Assembly (NCBI RefSeq): GCF_009914755.1
Contig: NC_060935.1
DNA length: 64,000 bases
Strand: one strand, 5' to 3'
Source of the DNA: the human T2T-CHM13v2.0 reference genome, Homo sapiens
Shown: piece by piece, positions 23,897-38,802 of the stretch
Position numbering within the stretch: the first letter of the stretch is position 1
Layout of the letters: every line of letters begins with the position of its first letter
Notes under the pieces: model-generated
What the model saw: only the letters and a program-made list of their open reading frames with translations
The model's database searches: none
What the model was told of the DNA's origin: nothing
Translations under genes and position numbers: made by a program

Positions 23897-25501
23897 CTTT
23901 TTTTGTGAAATTTATTCTCAGGTACTCTTTTTTTGTTGCTATTGTAAATAATACTGCTTTCTTTATTTCTTTATCTGCTAGATCTTTTGGTTTCTACAAA
24001 TGCTACTTATTTTTATACATTGATTTTATATCCTACAACTTTACTAAATTCACTTATCAAATCTAGGAGTTTTTTTGTGGAGTCATTAGTTTTTTCTAAA
24101 TACAAGATCATATCATCAGCAAACAGGAATAACTTGACTTCCTCCTTTCCAATTTGGATGCCTTTTCTTTCTTTCTCTTGCCTGATCGTTCTGGCTAGGA
24201 CTTCCAGTGCTATGTTAAATAGGAGAGAGGCAAAACTGATAAACTTCTAGCTAGACTAACCAAGAGGAGAGAATAACCAAATAAACAAAATCAGAAATGA
24301 AAAAGGAGACATTAAAATTAATGCCACAGAAACATGAAAGTTCATCAGAGACTATTATGAACAACTACATGCTCATAAAATAGAAAACTTAGAGGAAATG
24401 GATAAATTTCTGGAAATGTACAACCTCCCCGTATTGAGCCAGGAAGAAATAGAAAATCTGAACAGATCAATAATAAGATAGGATCAATAACAAAACAATC
24501 TCTCAACAAAAAAAAAAGCCCAGGACCAGGACCAGGACCAGATTGTGATATTCACAACCAAATTCTACCAGATATACAAAGAAGAACTAATACCAATCCT
24601 CCTAAAATCGTTCAAATCAAAGAAGAGAAAATTCTTCCTAATACATTCTACCATGCCAGTATCATCCTGATACCAAAACGAGGCAAGGACACAACAAAAA
24701 TAGAAAATTATAAACCAATTTTCCTAATGAACAAAGATGCAAAAATCTTTGTTCATTACTAGCAAACCCAATCCAACATCACATCAAAAAGATTATACAC
24801 CATGATCAAATGGTTTTTATGCTAGGGATGCAAAGATGGCTCAATATTCTCAAATTAATAAATATGATACATCACATAAAATTAAGACAAAAACGATATG
24901 ATCATCTCAATAGACAAAGAAAAAGCATTTAATAAAATTCAGCATGACTTCATGATAAAAAAATTAAAAAACTATACATAGAAGCAACATACCTCAAAAA
25001 AATATAGGCCATATATAATATACACACAGGAAACATCACACTGAATAGGAAAAAGTTGAAAACATTTCCTGTAAGAACTGGAACAAAGATATATTTCTCA
25101 GATTGCTGGATTTATGGTAAGTTTATGTTTAACTTTATAAGAAACTGCCAAACTGTTTTCCTGAGTGGCTGTAACATTTTTTCATTCTCATCAGCAGTGT
25201 GTGTGAATTCTGATTGCCTAACATCCTTATCCACATTTGGTACTGTCATTTGTTATTGTTGTTGTTGTATCATTCTAATAGGTATGTGGTGACATCTTAT
25301 TGTGGTTATAATTTTCTCTTACATTGAATTGAAAACATTTTTAAAATTCAGATATTTCCCTATAGCTCCAATATACACATTTAGTAACAAATGATACTAT
25401 TATCGCAAAATTTGTGGATGGATTTAACTTCCTTCTTCCAGGTATATTCATCTTAATGATTGTTTTGAATTCAGCTTCCTTTATGCCATTATAGTTTTTT
25501 C

Positions 25502-25515
25502 CCACTAGATGGCAA
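25502..25515 (+). promoter_or_regulatory. Candidate CTCF site
   Basis: CCACTAGATGGCAA matches the CTCF core CCASYAGRKGGCR; motif match only. Confidence 0.45.
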
Positions 25516-25671
25516 CTGCTCAGTTGTTTAGAACGGCTGAGTAGCTAAAAGCAAGGAACATAAAGGATAGAGTCAAGCTATGAATTGTGAAGTGCTTTAC
25601 TCCAGGATTGTACAAAAAAAAAAAAAAAAGCGACAAGACTTCATTGTCTGCCAAAAGTTCATCATAACTTA

Positions 25672-25672
<1 letters not shown>

Positions 25673-25706
<34 letters not shown>
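25673..25706. repeat. (TG)17 microsatellite
   Basis: Direct read. Confidence 0.97.
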
Positions 25707-25710
<4 letters not shown>

Positions 25711-26039
25711 CTTTCTAAGTAATTTCAATCTAAGTTTGGAACTACCAAATGTGGATGGAGCACAGAATATAAAAATACAAAACAAGGTATCTTTTGAATG
25801 TAAGTTAGTGTCACAAAGTAAACAAATAGTTTGTAGAAAACATTCAGAAACTATCTAGTTTCTTCAGACAGTATATACTTCTGGAGAATATAATTTGAAA
25901 CACAGATATTTTAGTAGTTTTGACATACCAAACATATATTTTCTGGAATACCTGTAGGTAAACTGAGAAGTTAGTTAAGGGTTTTCTGATTGCTTTTTGC
26001 TGTTATTTTAGCACCACATAGGACCTCCTCCCTGAGTTG

Positions 26040-26310
26040 ATTTCATTCATTAATCAAATATTTACTAAGTTTCTATTCTGTTTCAAGCTTTGTGGTAGCA
26101 TCAAGAATACTAAGAGGAAAACGACCTAATACATGATAATAAAATAATAATATAATAATAATAATAGAAATTGTCCTTTAAGTGCCAGAAAGTATTCTAA
26201 GACATTTATAAACATACTACTTCTTATTACCACAATCTTATGAAATGTTATTGCTCCTCTTTAGGAGACACAAATTGAAGACTGAGACCCTCTGACAACC
26301 GCAGTAGTTA
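26040..26310 (-). mobile_element. L2 3' end plus MIR relics with (AAT)n
   Basis: TTCATTCATTAATCAAATATTTACTAAG; GTGCCAGAAAGTATTCTAAG. Confidence 0.55.
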
Positions 26311-26924
26311 TAGTTGAGACAAAAATGATTTTAAAGAATATTCATGTTTAGAGTGGACCAGAGATGTCACCCCAAAATTACTCTTTGCAGCCATGTAGTA
26401 TGGAAGGAAACAAGATATTTCCATGTCCTCAGTGCTGAACAACTTTTAGTAGTCGAGAGATTCCAAGCCTACCCATGCAGCTTCTATAGTGATATACAAC
26501 AGAGATGGCAGAGGGCAGGGTCTAAGACAGAGGCTGGATGGAGGACAGACCTAGGATGCAAGAAGCAGAATTGAAGCCCAAATAGGAATCAAGATAGAGC
26601 CAAGTCATCGATCTCTAGCCATGCCAAAAGAAGATGCTTGGAATACCATTAGCAGCCACAATCTTCACTTGACAATATCAGTATGATTCTTGGAAATCAA
26701 GACAAGAAACACTTCCATGGATACCTGCAAAACCCCACGGGTAACAGACACACACATGTAGCCCAGGTGTTTACTCCCATTATAAAGACATGTAAACTTC
26801 CCCACACTCCAAGATACTATCCGGGGTGGATTAGATGGGAAAGACAAACTTTTGAGAGGAGAGAAATATAACTTGATTAAATATTTATCCAAAATAATAT
26901 TGCTTTAAATATATCACTAGGTAC

Positions 26925-27198
26925 CTTTAAGTTTTTAAGTTTTGGGGAATCAAAGATAACTTTGAGGATTTAGTAAAAGTTATGAACATTCTTTCCCACT
27001 GGCTTCCTACCCACCCACCTACATACACACATTCTCTTTCCCACTAACTACCCCTACCACACACACACACACACACACACACACATTAAAATGAGTAATT
27101 CAAAATATTTGCGTATATCTCTATAGGGCTTAGTGAATAACTGAAGCTTAGTCATTAACTCCTGGAAGATCTATGAATCCCGGGTTAAGAAATCCTAG
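26925..27198. mobile_element. hAT-Charlie MITE relic with internal (CA)n at 27058-27085
   Basis: Terminal GGTTAAGAAATCCTAG; CTTTGAGGATTTAGTAAAAGTTATGAAC. Confidence 0.5.
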
Positions 27199-27809
27199 GT
27201 TGTGGAAATGGCACTAGACTTGAGTTTTGACTCAATCATTTGCCACCTATGAGAACTTGAATAAATCAACTCTTCTCTCTGAATCTCAGGTTTCTCACTG
27301 TTTGTGAAATATCTATTACATGGAGGAGTGGGATAGGGATGGCTCTATCATAAAAAACATATCTTCTTTACACTCTTCTTTGCAAAATTTTATAATATAT
27401 GAATACACTTACAGTCCTACATGGTCCTATATAGTTATTTTGGATCTGTCATTGATCACTTTTAATTTTCCTCTTAAGAGTGTCACTCTTTTTCTCTATC
27501 CCACCAGCATCAGCGTACCTTTCTGGCAGTCCTCATCCTCACATATGAGAAACTGCAGTAGCATCGTGTAGCATCTTGCTGTTTCAACCTTTAGTCCTTC
27601 CTATGTATGAAGCACATTATTCTCAACCCACTGCTTCTTCCTATAACTCTCTTGCTTAAAATCTACCAAGACTCTCAATTACATAAGAGATAATATCTAA
27701 AATCTAACAGTCAAAGACTTAAAAAAAATCAATTGATCTCACCCTGCTTAATCAATCTTACATCCTCAGCTCTAGTAGTCTAAATTTTACTACTAAGAGG
27801 AAGCTTTCA

Positions 27810-27980
27810 TAGGAGGAAAAATGATGTGATTTGAAGTCGTTGGCTCAGTCACTTACTAGCTATTTTCATCCTGGGTAAAACACTTATCCTATCACGGCCT
27901 TAGTTTTCTCAACACTTAAATAAAGTATTTGTTCTGGACAATTTCTAAGATCCCTTTCAGTTCTGACACTGTCTGACTCC
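27810..27980 (+). mobile_element. MIR3-like relic
   Basis: GGCTCAGTCACTTACTAGCT...TCTAAGATCCCTTTCAGTTCTGACACTGTCTGACTC. Confidence 0.7.
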
Positions 27981-28564
27981 ATCACCCTGTGCCCCTTAAA
28001 TGCTAAATTCATTCCTACTCTGAATCCTTGATCTTTCTGTGTTCTCTTTCTGTAGCATCCTTTCTGCCAGACTAAGCATTTTCTGTTCTCCAAGGTTCAA
28101 CTTATGTACTTGCTCATCCATGAAATCTTCAGAGCTCCAAAGTTTGTGAGAATCATTTCCTTCTCTGCGGTCTCATGGCATCTAAATTTTGTACTAATCA
28201 ATAAGAGTATCTTACACTGATATAACACTATAGCTTTAGTAGAGATGTTTACATACAATATTTCACTGGAGCCTCTCAAAAGATCTATAAAGGTAATTAC
28301 TATTCCTACTCAAACTCAGAGAAGCCTAAAATGTCTCAACTCTAATGCAACTGATCTAGAGTCAGAATTAAAGGTTTTTGATTCCTGTTTCAGAGTTTTT
28401 CCTCCATACATGTTCAACATGTCAAATAATTATTGGTATCTGTATGTTTCACCTATATAGCTATTATTTAGCTCAGTAAACATATATGTTAAGCTCCCAT
28501 CATATAAAATCTGCTTAGGTATAAGCTATGGCTAAGGGAGTTGGGAAGCAAATGGAGTTTTCTA

Positions 28565-29059
<495 letters not shown>

Positions 29060-29064
29060 TCATT

Positions 29065-30780
29065 CTTTGTATTAAGGAAAATTTCAAATACATTAAAATA
29101 AGACTGTGTACCTCCTCATTCATCTTCAATAATGATCAACTTGCAACCAACTTTATGTCATCTATACTCCTAACCACTCCCTCAGATTATTTTGAAGCAA
29201 AATCAGACATCATTTCACTTCATCTGTAAATATTTTAAGAAGATCTACATATAAAGACTCTTGCTTTTAAAAATAACTCTAGTACCAACAAAAATTCTTT
29301 AAAATCATGAAATAGTTAATGAAGATTCAACATTTCTTGGTTTTCCAATTTAAAAAAAAAGCTTGCTCAAAAAAATGATCTTATATAAATAGAGAGTAGA
29401 CTGGTGGTTACTAGAGACTGGGGTGATGTGGTGGCCGTTGGGGAGATGTTGGTCAAAGTATAAAAAATTTCAGATAGGAGGAGTAAATTTCAACAGATCT
29501 CTTGTACAACATGTTGACTATAGTTAATAATACATTGTATTTTTGAAAAAAGCCAAGAGAGTTGGTGTAAAGTATTCTCATCACAGAAATGATAACTATG
29601 TGAGGTAATGCATATGTTAATTAGCTAGATTTAATCATTCTACGATGTATGTATACTTTAAAACATCGCATGGTTCACATAAATACATACAATTTTGTGT
29701 CAATTTAAAAATAAATAAATAAATGTATGATGAGAAAAAAAGTTTGTTCAGATCAGGCTGCAAAACAAGGCTATATATGGTTTGCATGTCTCTTACGTTT
29801 CTTTTAATCTACAGGATCTCCTCATTCTATCACTCTCCTCTTGCAATGTATTTGTTTAAAAATATGCTTTTTTTAAATAAAAAAAAATTCTCCTGTAGTG
29901 CTTCTGACAGTATAATTTTTTTCTGATCATATTATCTTATGTTATGGTTCCCTATATCTCCCATGAATTGGAAGTTAAATCTAGATTTGATCAAACTGAG
30001 GAGCAATATTTTACGCAAGACTCCTCATGAGTTGTTAGGTATACTTCCATTAGAAGTCACATGATGTCTAATTGTCTTTTTATGATGTTGTAACCATGGA
30101 CAAATATTTTGCAGATCTAGTAATTTAAAATGGTGATATTCTATTATTCCTTCATAATTGATTAGGTACAAGACCACTATAAAGAGAAATTTCATTTCAC
30201 TTATTTGGTAACCTTGAATTTGAAATTGTATAGAACCAACAAGGTAAATGTTTTATTCTTCCTATTGATTCGTTTTCAAAACAAAAAATAGGTTCCCTAG
30301 TATTTCCAAATCTAGTAATCAGGTGATTTTTAAATAATATCTTTATGAAATCATGGATCTAAACATTTTTATTATGTTTTAACCCATTATAATTATTATC
30401 TTTATTGATGCTCAGATTGCCTTATTTTGACCAGTGGAAGCTGGTAGGCTTTCGAGTCCTTTTATGATGACACTCCATATCTTGGTGGATAGGTTAATTG
30501 CTTTCTGACATAACAAAATATTTCAGTTCCATCTTGTCATTTTCCTACCTAAGACCTAGAATAAGTCTTTTTCTTGAAAATCATTTTTTTTCCCAAGAAG
30601 ATCTGTTACCTTTTATTAGGAAATGGTATTTGGAAACCACACTGGAAACACTACAGATGTTCATATCTACTATGCTATCATTACTTCTAGCTCTTTTAAG
30701 TGGACAAAACTAGGAAATATTCTTAAAGATAAAATATATCATCATCATGATTCATTCTGAACTTATTCAAATTTTACTTA
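29065..30780 (-). mobile_element. L1MC4/5-like 3' UTR relic
   Basis: GGAAAATTTCAAA...GATTATTTTGAAGCAAAATCAGACATCATTTCACTTCATCTGTAAATATTT; GAAATGGTATTTGGAAACCAC. Confidence 0.65.
29370..29735 (+). mobile_element. 5'-truncated L1MA (approx. MA5-8) 3' end
   Basis: GTACAACATGTTGACTATAGTTAATAA...ACTATGTGAGGTAATGCATATGTTAATTAGC; TSD AAAAAAG[C/T]TTG[C/T]TCA at 29355 and 29736. Confidence 0.85.
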
Positions 30781-31959
30781 ACATTAGTCATAGAAGAAGT
30801 TTGGTTTTTATCCCAGCTCCCCCAGTTGCCTATAGAACAAGTGATATAAACTGTAACTACCCTAAGCCCTCAATTTTGTACCTGAAAAATTAGAATAATA
30901 AAACCAACTACTCACTTGAACACTCATAAGAAGATAGTTGGTCTATCCTGACCATATGGAAAATAATGAAGTATCATAAACCACAGATATATAGAACTAA
31001 CCATTTGGTTTTATTATAAGAAAACGTAGAAATTCTGAAAGCCACAAAATTATCAATTCCAAGCTAGGACATTCCAGAAGTTAATAGCTAAATACAGCTA
31101 GAAAGAACTACTAGAAACTACAGGATGACTGATCACTTTTATAACAAGCTTCTAAGATAGAGCACTGAGCTCCCTATTTCTCTGTTCCGCCTTCCGTCCA
31201 CTCATGTAAACACTGGCTTCCCCCAAAAAACATCAATTCCATTGTTAGGCCTTCTTCCTGTAAGATCTGAATAAAGCTCCAATGAGCCATAACCAATCTC
31301 TTCTGAAGCATTCCACCCATTGATAAGAGCTGCCTCAATTGAATATTTCCATTGCAGCAGCAATAGGGCAGACAGTTGCAGAAAATCCTCAAAAGAACTA
31401 CCATAGACACAAAGTTAACTGGCAGTAAAAATCGCTCTGTGACACCACCACCCTATGTTCAGAAAGATAGGCAAAGCTCTCCTCTTTGTCTAGACCTTCC
31501 TTTAATTAGGGTCCCGGGGGCCAGGAAAATTCTCTGAAGTAAGTCTGTGCACTGCTCCGGCTTTTGAAGAGTAATGGCTTTGGTGGGAAGAAACATTTGT
31601 AAAAATTCAGATCTAATCTAGGAACCCAAACCAATCTAATTAGAGTGTCTGTGCACTGAGATGTTCACTAATGAGACTCAAAGAACCAACACAGGAGAAA
31701 CAATGACTTTTTTGCAGCAGGCATTATCAGGCTGCCTTAAATGTGACCCACATTCACTCATGCCCCAGTACCCCAGGAGTAGAGCCATGTCCTTTTTCTA
31801 GATTGACTCTTGGCAAGTGTCTCTGGTAAGTTTTCCATTAGGGGGCTTCTGTACTTTCTATTGCTTCTCCATAAGACTCCATTGTTCTCTTTTCTTCTGC
31901 TTAGTGTCTGACCTGGCGTGCTCCAGATTCCTATGGTTTGAATTCTGTCTTTTTAACTC

Positions 31960-32350
31960 ATGTCCTACTCTAGCCAAATCCAATTACTTGTCCTGTGCCT
32001 CTGTGCCTTTGCAAATGCTGTTCCCTATGCACAGAAGGCCTTTCCTTCTCTAAATAATTAATTTATTCTTTCTAAACTCTCATAGCTCCACTACAAAGTT
32101 TTTCTGAAATCCCTCTCTCTACTCCATCTCTACTATGAGGAAGAAATAAATGCTTATTCCCTCTGTTCCACCTCTTTACCCAATATATATCTCTACCACC
32201 TCACTTAGTATGGCAATTATGCACCTATATGTGTATTTCCTCTATAATATTCTGAGCCTTGTGTCTAAAGAATATATGCCTAATTTATTTTTCTGTGTCC
32301 AATTTCTATCTGAGTTCCTGCACATCATAGTACATTCACAAATACTTGAA
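31960..32350 (+). mobile_element. L2 relic
   Basis: GCCTCTGTGCCTTTGCAAATGCTGTTCCCT...CACATCATAGTACATTCACAAATACTTG. Confidence 0.6.
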
Positions 32351-32403
32351 GGCCCTCACCACTGGAAGATAAATTGCAGAACATCCATTAAACTAGTGGT
32401 TCA

Positions 32404-32749
<346 letters not shown>

Positions 32750-35567
32750 GAAGAAGAAGAAACCACATCAATCTCCACAAGACACATCCAGATAAAGGAC
32801 AAAGTAGCCAGCAGGTAAAAACAAAAATAGTAAAACAAAATCAGTCACAAATAATGGGGGTCTTTCCCCATTACACTTCTCACTTTCTCTGCTGAGAGAG
32901 GGTCAGAAAGCAAGAGCCTCCTATGTAAGTACTACGACCTATATTCAACATGAGGCACATTACTTGGAACACAACAGGTGTTCAAAAACTACTTACTGAA
33001 TAAATAAAGTAGGTATGCGCTACTTTCAGAAATGTCTCTGTCACTGCGACCTAATAATATCAATCAGGGTAATAAAATGCATGCCTGTGGTCCTGAGTCA
33101 TTCTCCACATACATTCATACCTTTGAGTGCATTTTCTCTTTCATTTATATTACTTTTCTTAGTATTCCAATGTATAATGTAGTTATAATACATTTTATAA
33201 CGTATATACAATGTTTCCCTCTACTACTTGTGTATATTTATTATAAATATAGATTTATAGGTGTATGTCATATACTAAATAATACAGTTAAAATTATTTG
33301 ATTACTTATCTCTCCTACTACAGTGGGACCTCCATGAGAAAGGGAAGATTGTCATTATTTCGTCCAAACATTTTGCTCTTCAATCACCTAGCAGAAACCT
33401 AGAAACAGTAGCATCACATAATAATGTATGTTGACTCAATAAACAAATGTATCAAAGTTAGCAGATTTGATCCTCCAGGGTTTCCTCATATTATGGTCCT
33501 TTTCCAGCCTCATCACTAAATGATATCATGGCGACTCAGGGAAGCTCTGTTTTCCTCACTAAGACCAGAACAGAAGATGGTGCTATCAAATAGAGTTTTT
33601 AAATCCAGAATGAATTCATCCCTATGCCTTGTCTACAGAATCACTCAGAAAATAATGCAAGGAAGTGAAACAAAGAGAGACATGCAAAAGAAATAATCTT
33701 GGCACAGCACCTTGCAAATCAATTTTCTATGCCCTTGTTTCTGAACTTTCCTGTAAGGTGGAGGCTTAGAAACTGCAGTGTTTTCATGATGATTGGATAG
33801 CATGTTCTGCCACTCACTGCCTTTCCTGGAGTTTCTAACAGGACTGCTACTATTTATCCTCCAGTTTCACCCAATCTGCAGTCTTTCTCATAATGGCTGC
33901 AGTGATCCTTCCCTAAAGTTATGTACAGCACTCAAAAACCTTCCTTAAGACTCACTTACTGTTTATCAAACTTTGTTAAATAGCATTAAGACAATGATTG
34001 AGTAAACATTTTAGGACAAAGCTTTATTTTTTTTCCTAATTTTTATTTTTTGTGGGTATATAGTAGGCACATATATTTATGGGGTACATGAGATACTTTA
34101 ATGTAGTTATGCAATACTTTATAATCACATCACGGTAAATGAAGTATCTATCCCCTCAAGCCTTTATCCCTTGTGTTACAAACAATCGAATTATACTTTT
34201 TAGTTATTTTTAAATGTGCAATTAAATTATTATTGACTACAGTCACCTTGCTGTGCTATCAAATACCATCTTTTATTCATTCTTTCTAACTTTTCTATTT
34301 TTTCTATTTTTTTAACCATTAACCATCTCTACATCCCCCCATTAACCCTCACTACCCTTCCCAGTCTCTGGTAACTATCCTTCTAATCTCAATTGAATTT
34401 AAACAGTAAGTTCAATTGTTTTAATTTTTAGCTCCCACAAAAAAGTGAGACCATGCTAAGGTTTTCTTTCTGTGCCTGGCCTATTTCACTTAATATAATG
34501 ACCTCCAATTCTATCCATGTTATTTGAAGTGTCAGGATCTCATTCCTTTTTATAGTTGAACAGTACTCCATTGTGTATATGTACCACATTTTCTTTATCA
34601 ATTGATCTGTTCATGAACACTTAGGCTACTCCCAAACCTTGGCTATTGTGAAGAGTGCTGCAGTAAACATGGAAGTGCAGATATCTTTTCGATATTCCTG
34701 TTTCCTTTCTTTTCAGTATATAGCGAGCAGTACGATTGCTGGATTATATGGTAGCTCTATATTTAGTTTTTTTTAGGAACTCTAAAATGTTCTCCAAAGA
34801 GGTTGTACTAATTTACATTCCCACTAACAATGTAGGAGAGTTCTCTTTTCCACTGATCCTCTCCAGCATTTGTTATTGCCTGCCTTTTGGATAAAAGCCA
34901 TTTTAACTGGGGTGAGATGATATCTCATTGTAGTTTTGATTTGCATTTCTCTGATGATCAATGATGTTGAGCACCTTTTCATATACCTCTTTACCATTTG
35001 TATGTTTTCTTTTAAGAAATGTCTATTCAAATCTTTTGCCCATTTTTAATCAAATTATTGAATGTTTTCTATAGAGTTGTTTGAGCTCCTTATATATTCA
35101 GGTTATTAATATCTTGTTAGATGTGTAGTTTGCAAATATTTTCTCCCATTCTGTGGGTTTTCTCTTCACTTTGTTGATTGCTTCCTTTGCTGTTGAGAAG
35201 CTTTTTAACTTGATGTGATTGCATTTGTCCATTTTTGCTTTGGTTGCCTGTGCTTGTAAGATATTAGTCAAGACATCTTTGCACAGATCAATGTCCTGGA
35301 GGGTTTCCCTTATGTTTCCTTGTAGTAGTTGCAAAGACTGAGGTCTTAGATTTAAGCCTCTAATCCATTTTGATTTGATTTTTGTATACGATGAGAGACA
35401 GTAGTCTAGTTTTATTCTTTTGCATATGGATATCCAGTTTTCCTGGCACCATTCATTGAAAAGACTGTCCTTCCCCCAGTGTATGTTCTTGGCACCTTTG
35501 TTGAAAATGACTTCACTGTAGGTGTATGGATTTATTTCTTTGTTCTCTATTCTGTTCTATTGGTCTA

Positions 35568-35920
35568 TGTATTAGTCTGTTCTTACACTGCTATAAAGAA
35601 CTGCCTGAGACTGGGTAACTTATAAGTGACTCACAGTTCCGCATGACTGGGGAGGCCTCAGGAAACTTACAGTCATGGTGGAAGGGGAAGCAGGCATGTC
35701 TTATGTGGTGGCAGGTGAGATCGAGTATGTGAAGGAGGAACTGTCAAACACTTACAAAACCATCAGGTCTCATGAGAACTCACTCACTATCCGGATAACA
35801 GCATGGGGAAAACTGCCCCCATAAACCAATCACCTGTCACCCAGTTCCCTCCCTCAACACCAGCTGAAGATTACAATTTGAGATAAGATTTGGCTGAGGA
35901 CCCAGAGCCAAACAGTATCA
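35568..35920 (-). mobile_element. THE1 (C/D-like) solo LTR
   Basis: TGTATTAGTCTGTTCTTACACTGCTATAAAG...CAGAGCCAAACAGTATCA; TSD GTCTA at 35563 and 35921. Confidence 0.92.
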
Positions 35921-38802
35921 GTCTATGCATCTGCTTTTATGGCAGTACCGTGCTATTGTGGTTACTATAACTCTGTAGTACAATTTGAAGTCAGGTAATG
36001 TGATTCCTCCAGTTTTGTTCTTTTGCTCAGAATAGTTTTGGCTATTCAGGTCTTTTGTGATTTCATATAAATTTTAGGATTTTTTTCTATTTATGTGAAG
36101 AATATCATTGCTATTTTGATAGGGATTGCATTGAATCTGTAGATTGCTTTGGCTGGTATGGACATTTTAACAACATTGATTCTTCCAATCCATGAACATG
36201 GAATATCTTTTTATGTTTTTGTGTTCTCTTAAATTTCTTTCATCAGTGTTTTATACTTTTCATTGTGGAGATCTTTTGCTTCTTTGACTAATTCCTAGAT
36301 ATTTAATTTTATTTATGGCTACTACAAATGGGATTACTTTTAAATATCTTTTTCTGATTGTTCAGTGTTGCCATATAGAAATGCTACCGATTTTTGTATG
36401 TTGATTTTGTATTCTTCAATTTTATTGAATTTATCAGTTCCGATAGCTCTTTCGGTGGAGTCATTTGGTTTTTCCCCATGTAAGATTATATCATCTACAA
36501 ACAAGGATAATTTGGTATCTGCTTTTCCAACTTGAATGCCTTTTATATCTTTCTATTGTCTGATTGCTGTAGCTAAGGAGTTCCAGTACTATGCTGAATA
36601 ACAGTGATGAAAGTGAGCATCCTTATCATGTTGCAGATCTTAGAGGAAAGGCTTTCAGTTTTTCCCCATTCATTATGATACTAGCTTTGTGTCTGACATA
36701 TATGACTTTTATTATGTTGTAGTATGTTCCTTCTATACCCAGTTTTTTGAGGGTTTTTATCATGAAGAGATGTTGAATTTTATCAAATGCTTTTTAGCAT
36801 CAATTGAAAAGATCATGTGGTTTTTGTCCTTCATTCTGTTTATATGGTGTATCACAATGATTGATTTGTATATGTTGAAACGTCCTTGTGTCACTGGGAT
36901 AAATCCCACTTGGTCATCATGAATGATATTCTTAACATATTGCTTAATTTGGTTTGCTAGTATTTTGCTGAGTATTTTTGCATCAATATTCATCAGGAAT
37001 ATTAGTGTACAGTTTTATTGATGTGTCTGTCTGATTTTTGTATGAGGTTAATACTGGCCGTATAGAATGAAATTGGAAGTATTCCTTTCTCTTCTTTTTT
37101 TTTGGAATACTTTGAGTAGAATTGGTATTACTTCTTTAAATCTTGGTAGAATTAAGTAGTGAAACCATTGGGTACCAGGTTTTTCTTTATGGGAGACTTT
37201 TAATTATGAATTTTATCTTGTTACTTGTCATTGCTCTGTTCAGGTTTTGGATTTCTTAATAGTTCAATATTGGTAGGTTCTATGTGTCTAGGAATGTATA
37301 CATTGCCTCTAGATTTACCAGTTTATTGACATATAGTTGCTCATGGTAGCCACTAATGATCTTTTGAATTTTGGCAATATCAGTTTTAATGTTTTCTTTT
37401 CATCTCTGATTTTATTTATTTGGGTCTTCTCTCTTTTGCTCTTAGTCTGGATAAAGGTTTGTTAATTGCATTTATCTTTTCAAAAACATCTTTAATTTCA
37501 TTTATCTTTTGCATTGTTTTCTTTGTTTCAATTTCATTTATTTGTGCTTGTATCTTTATTATTACTTTTCTTTTACTAATTTTGGGTTTGGTCTGCTCTT
37601 GCTATTCTAGTTCTTGAAGGTGTATCATTAAATAATTTGAAGTTTTTCTCTTTTTTTGAGGTAGGCACTTATAGCTATAAATTTCCCACTTAGTACTGCT
37701 TTCACTGTATCCCATAGGTTTTGGTATGTTGTGTTTCCATTATCATTTCTTTCAAAAAAATTTTCGGTTTCCTTCTAAATGTCTTCATTCATACACTGAT
37801 CATTCAGAAGCACATTGTTTAATTTCCATGTGTTGTAATGTTTCAAAATTCGTCCTTTGATTTCTAGTTTGTTTTCATTGTAATCAGAGAAGATGAATAC
37901 TATTATTTCAATTTTTTAAATGTTTTAAGGCTTGTTTTGTGACCTAACATATGGTCTTTGAGAATTATCTGTGCGCTGAGGAAAATAATGTGTATTTTTG
38001 GCCACTGGATGAAATGTTTTGTAAATATCTATTAGGTCCATTTGTCCTAAAGTGCAGGTTAAGTCTGATGTCTCTTTGTTGATTTTCTTTCTGGGAGATC
38101 TGTCCAATGTTGACAGTGGAGTGTTGAAGTCTCCAGCTATTATTGTACTGAGGTCTATCTCTTTATTTAGCTCTGATGAATATTTGCTTTACATATCTGG
38201 GTGCTCAAGCATTGGCTGCATATATATTCACAATTGTCATATCCTCTTGCTGTACGGACCCCTTTATCATTATATAATTACCTTCCTTGTTTCTCCTTAC
38301 AGTTTTTGTCTTGAAGTCTATTTTGTCTGATATTAGTATAGCTACTACTGCTCTTTTTTTGGTTTCCATTAGCATGGAATATCTTTTTCTATTTTTATTC
38401 TATGTGTTTCTTTAGAAAGGAAGTGTGTTTCTTATAGGGAACAGATAAATGAGTCTTGCTTTTTATGCATTCAGCCATTCTATGTCTTTTCATTGGAAAG
38501 CTTAGTTCATTTATCTTTGATGTTATTACTGATGAGCAAGATCTTACTCCTGCTATTTTGTTATTTGTTTTTGGGTTGTTTTGTGTTCTTCTCTTCTTTC
38601 TTTCCTTCATTTCTGCCTTCCTTGTAGTGAAAGTGATTTTCTCTGGTGGTATGATTTAATTTCTAATTTGTGTGTTTATGTATCTGTTGTATGTTTTTTG
38701 ATGTGAAGTTACCATGAGGCTTGCAAGTACTATCTTATAACCCATTCGTATGATAATTTATCACTGATTACATAAACAAACTAATAAGGAAAAAGAAAAC
38801 TA

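Larger units (their letters stand above)
21509..25083 (-). mobile_element. L1PB4/L1MA1-type LINE-1 with twin-priming 5' inversion (minus 21509-24230, plus 24231-25083)
   Basis: Strand switch at ~24230; 13-bp TSD CAAAGATATATTT at 21496-21508 and 25084-25096. Confidence 0.9.
20725..25320 (-). mobile_element. Old L1M (L1MB/MC-like) 3' end, in pieces (20725-20769, 21071-21495, 25097-25320)
   Basis: GGCAACCACTGATCTG, TATTCCATTATATGGATATACCAC; resumes ATTGCTGGATTTATGGTAAG...AACTGCCAAACTGTTTTCC after the nested L1. Confidence 0.75.
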
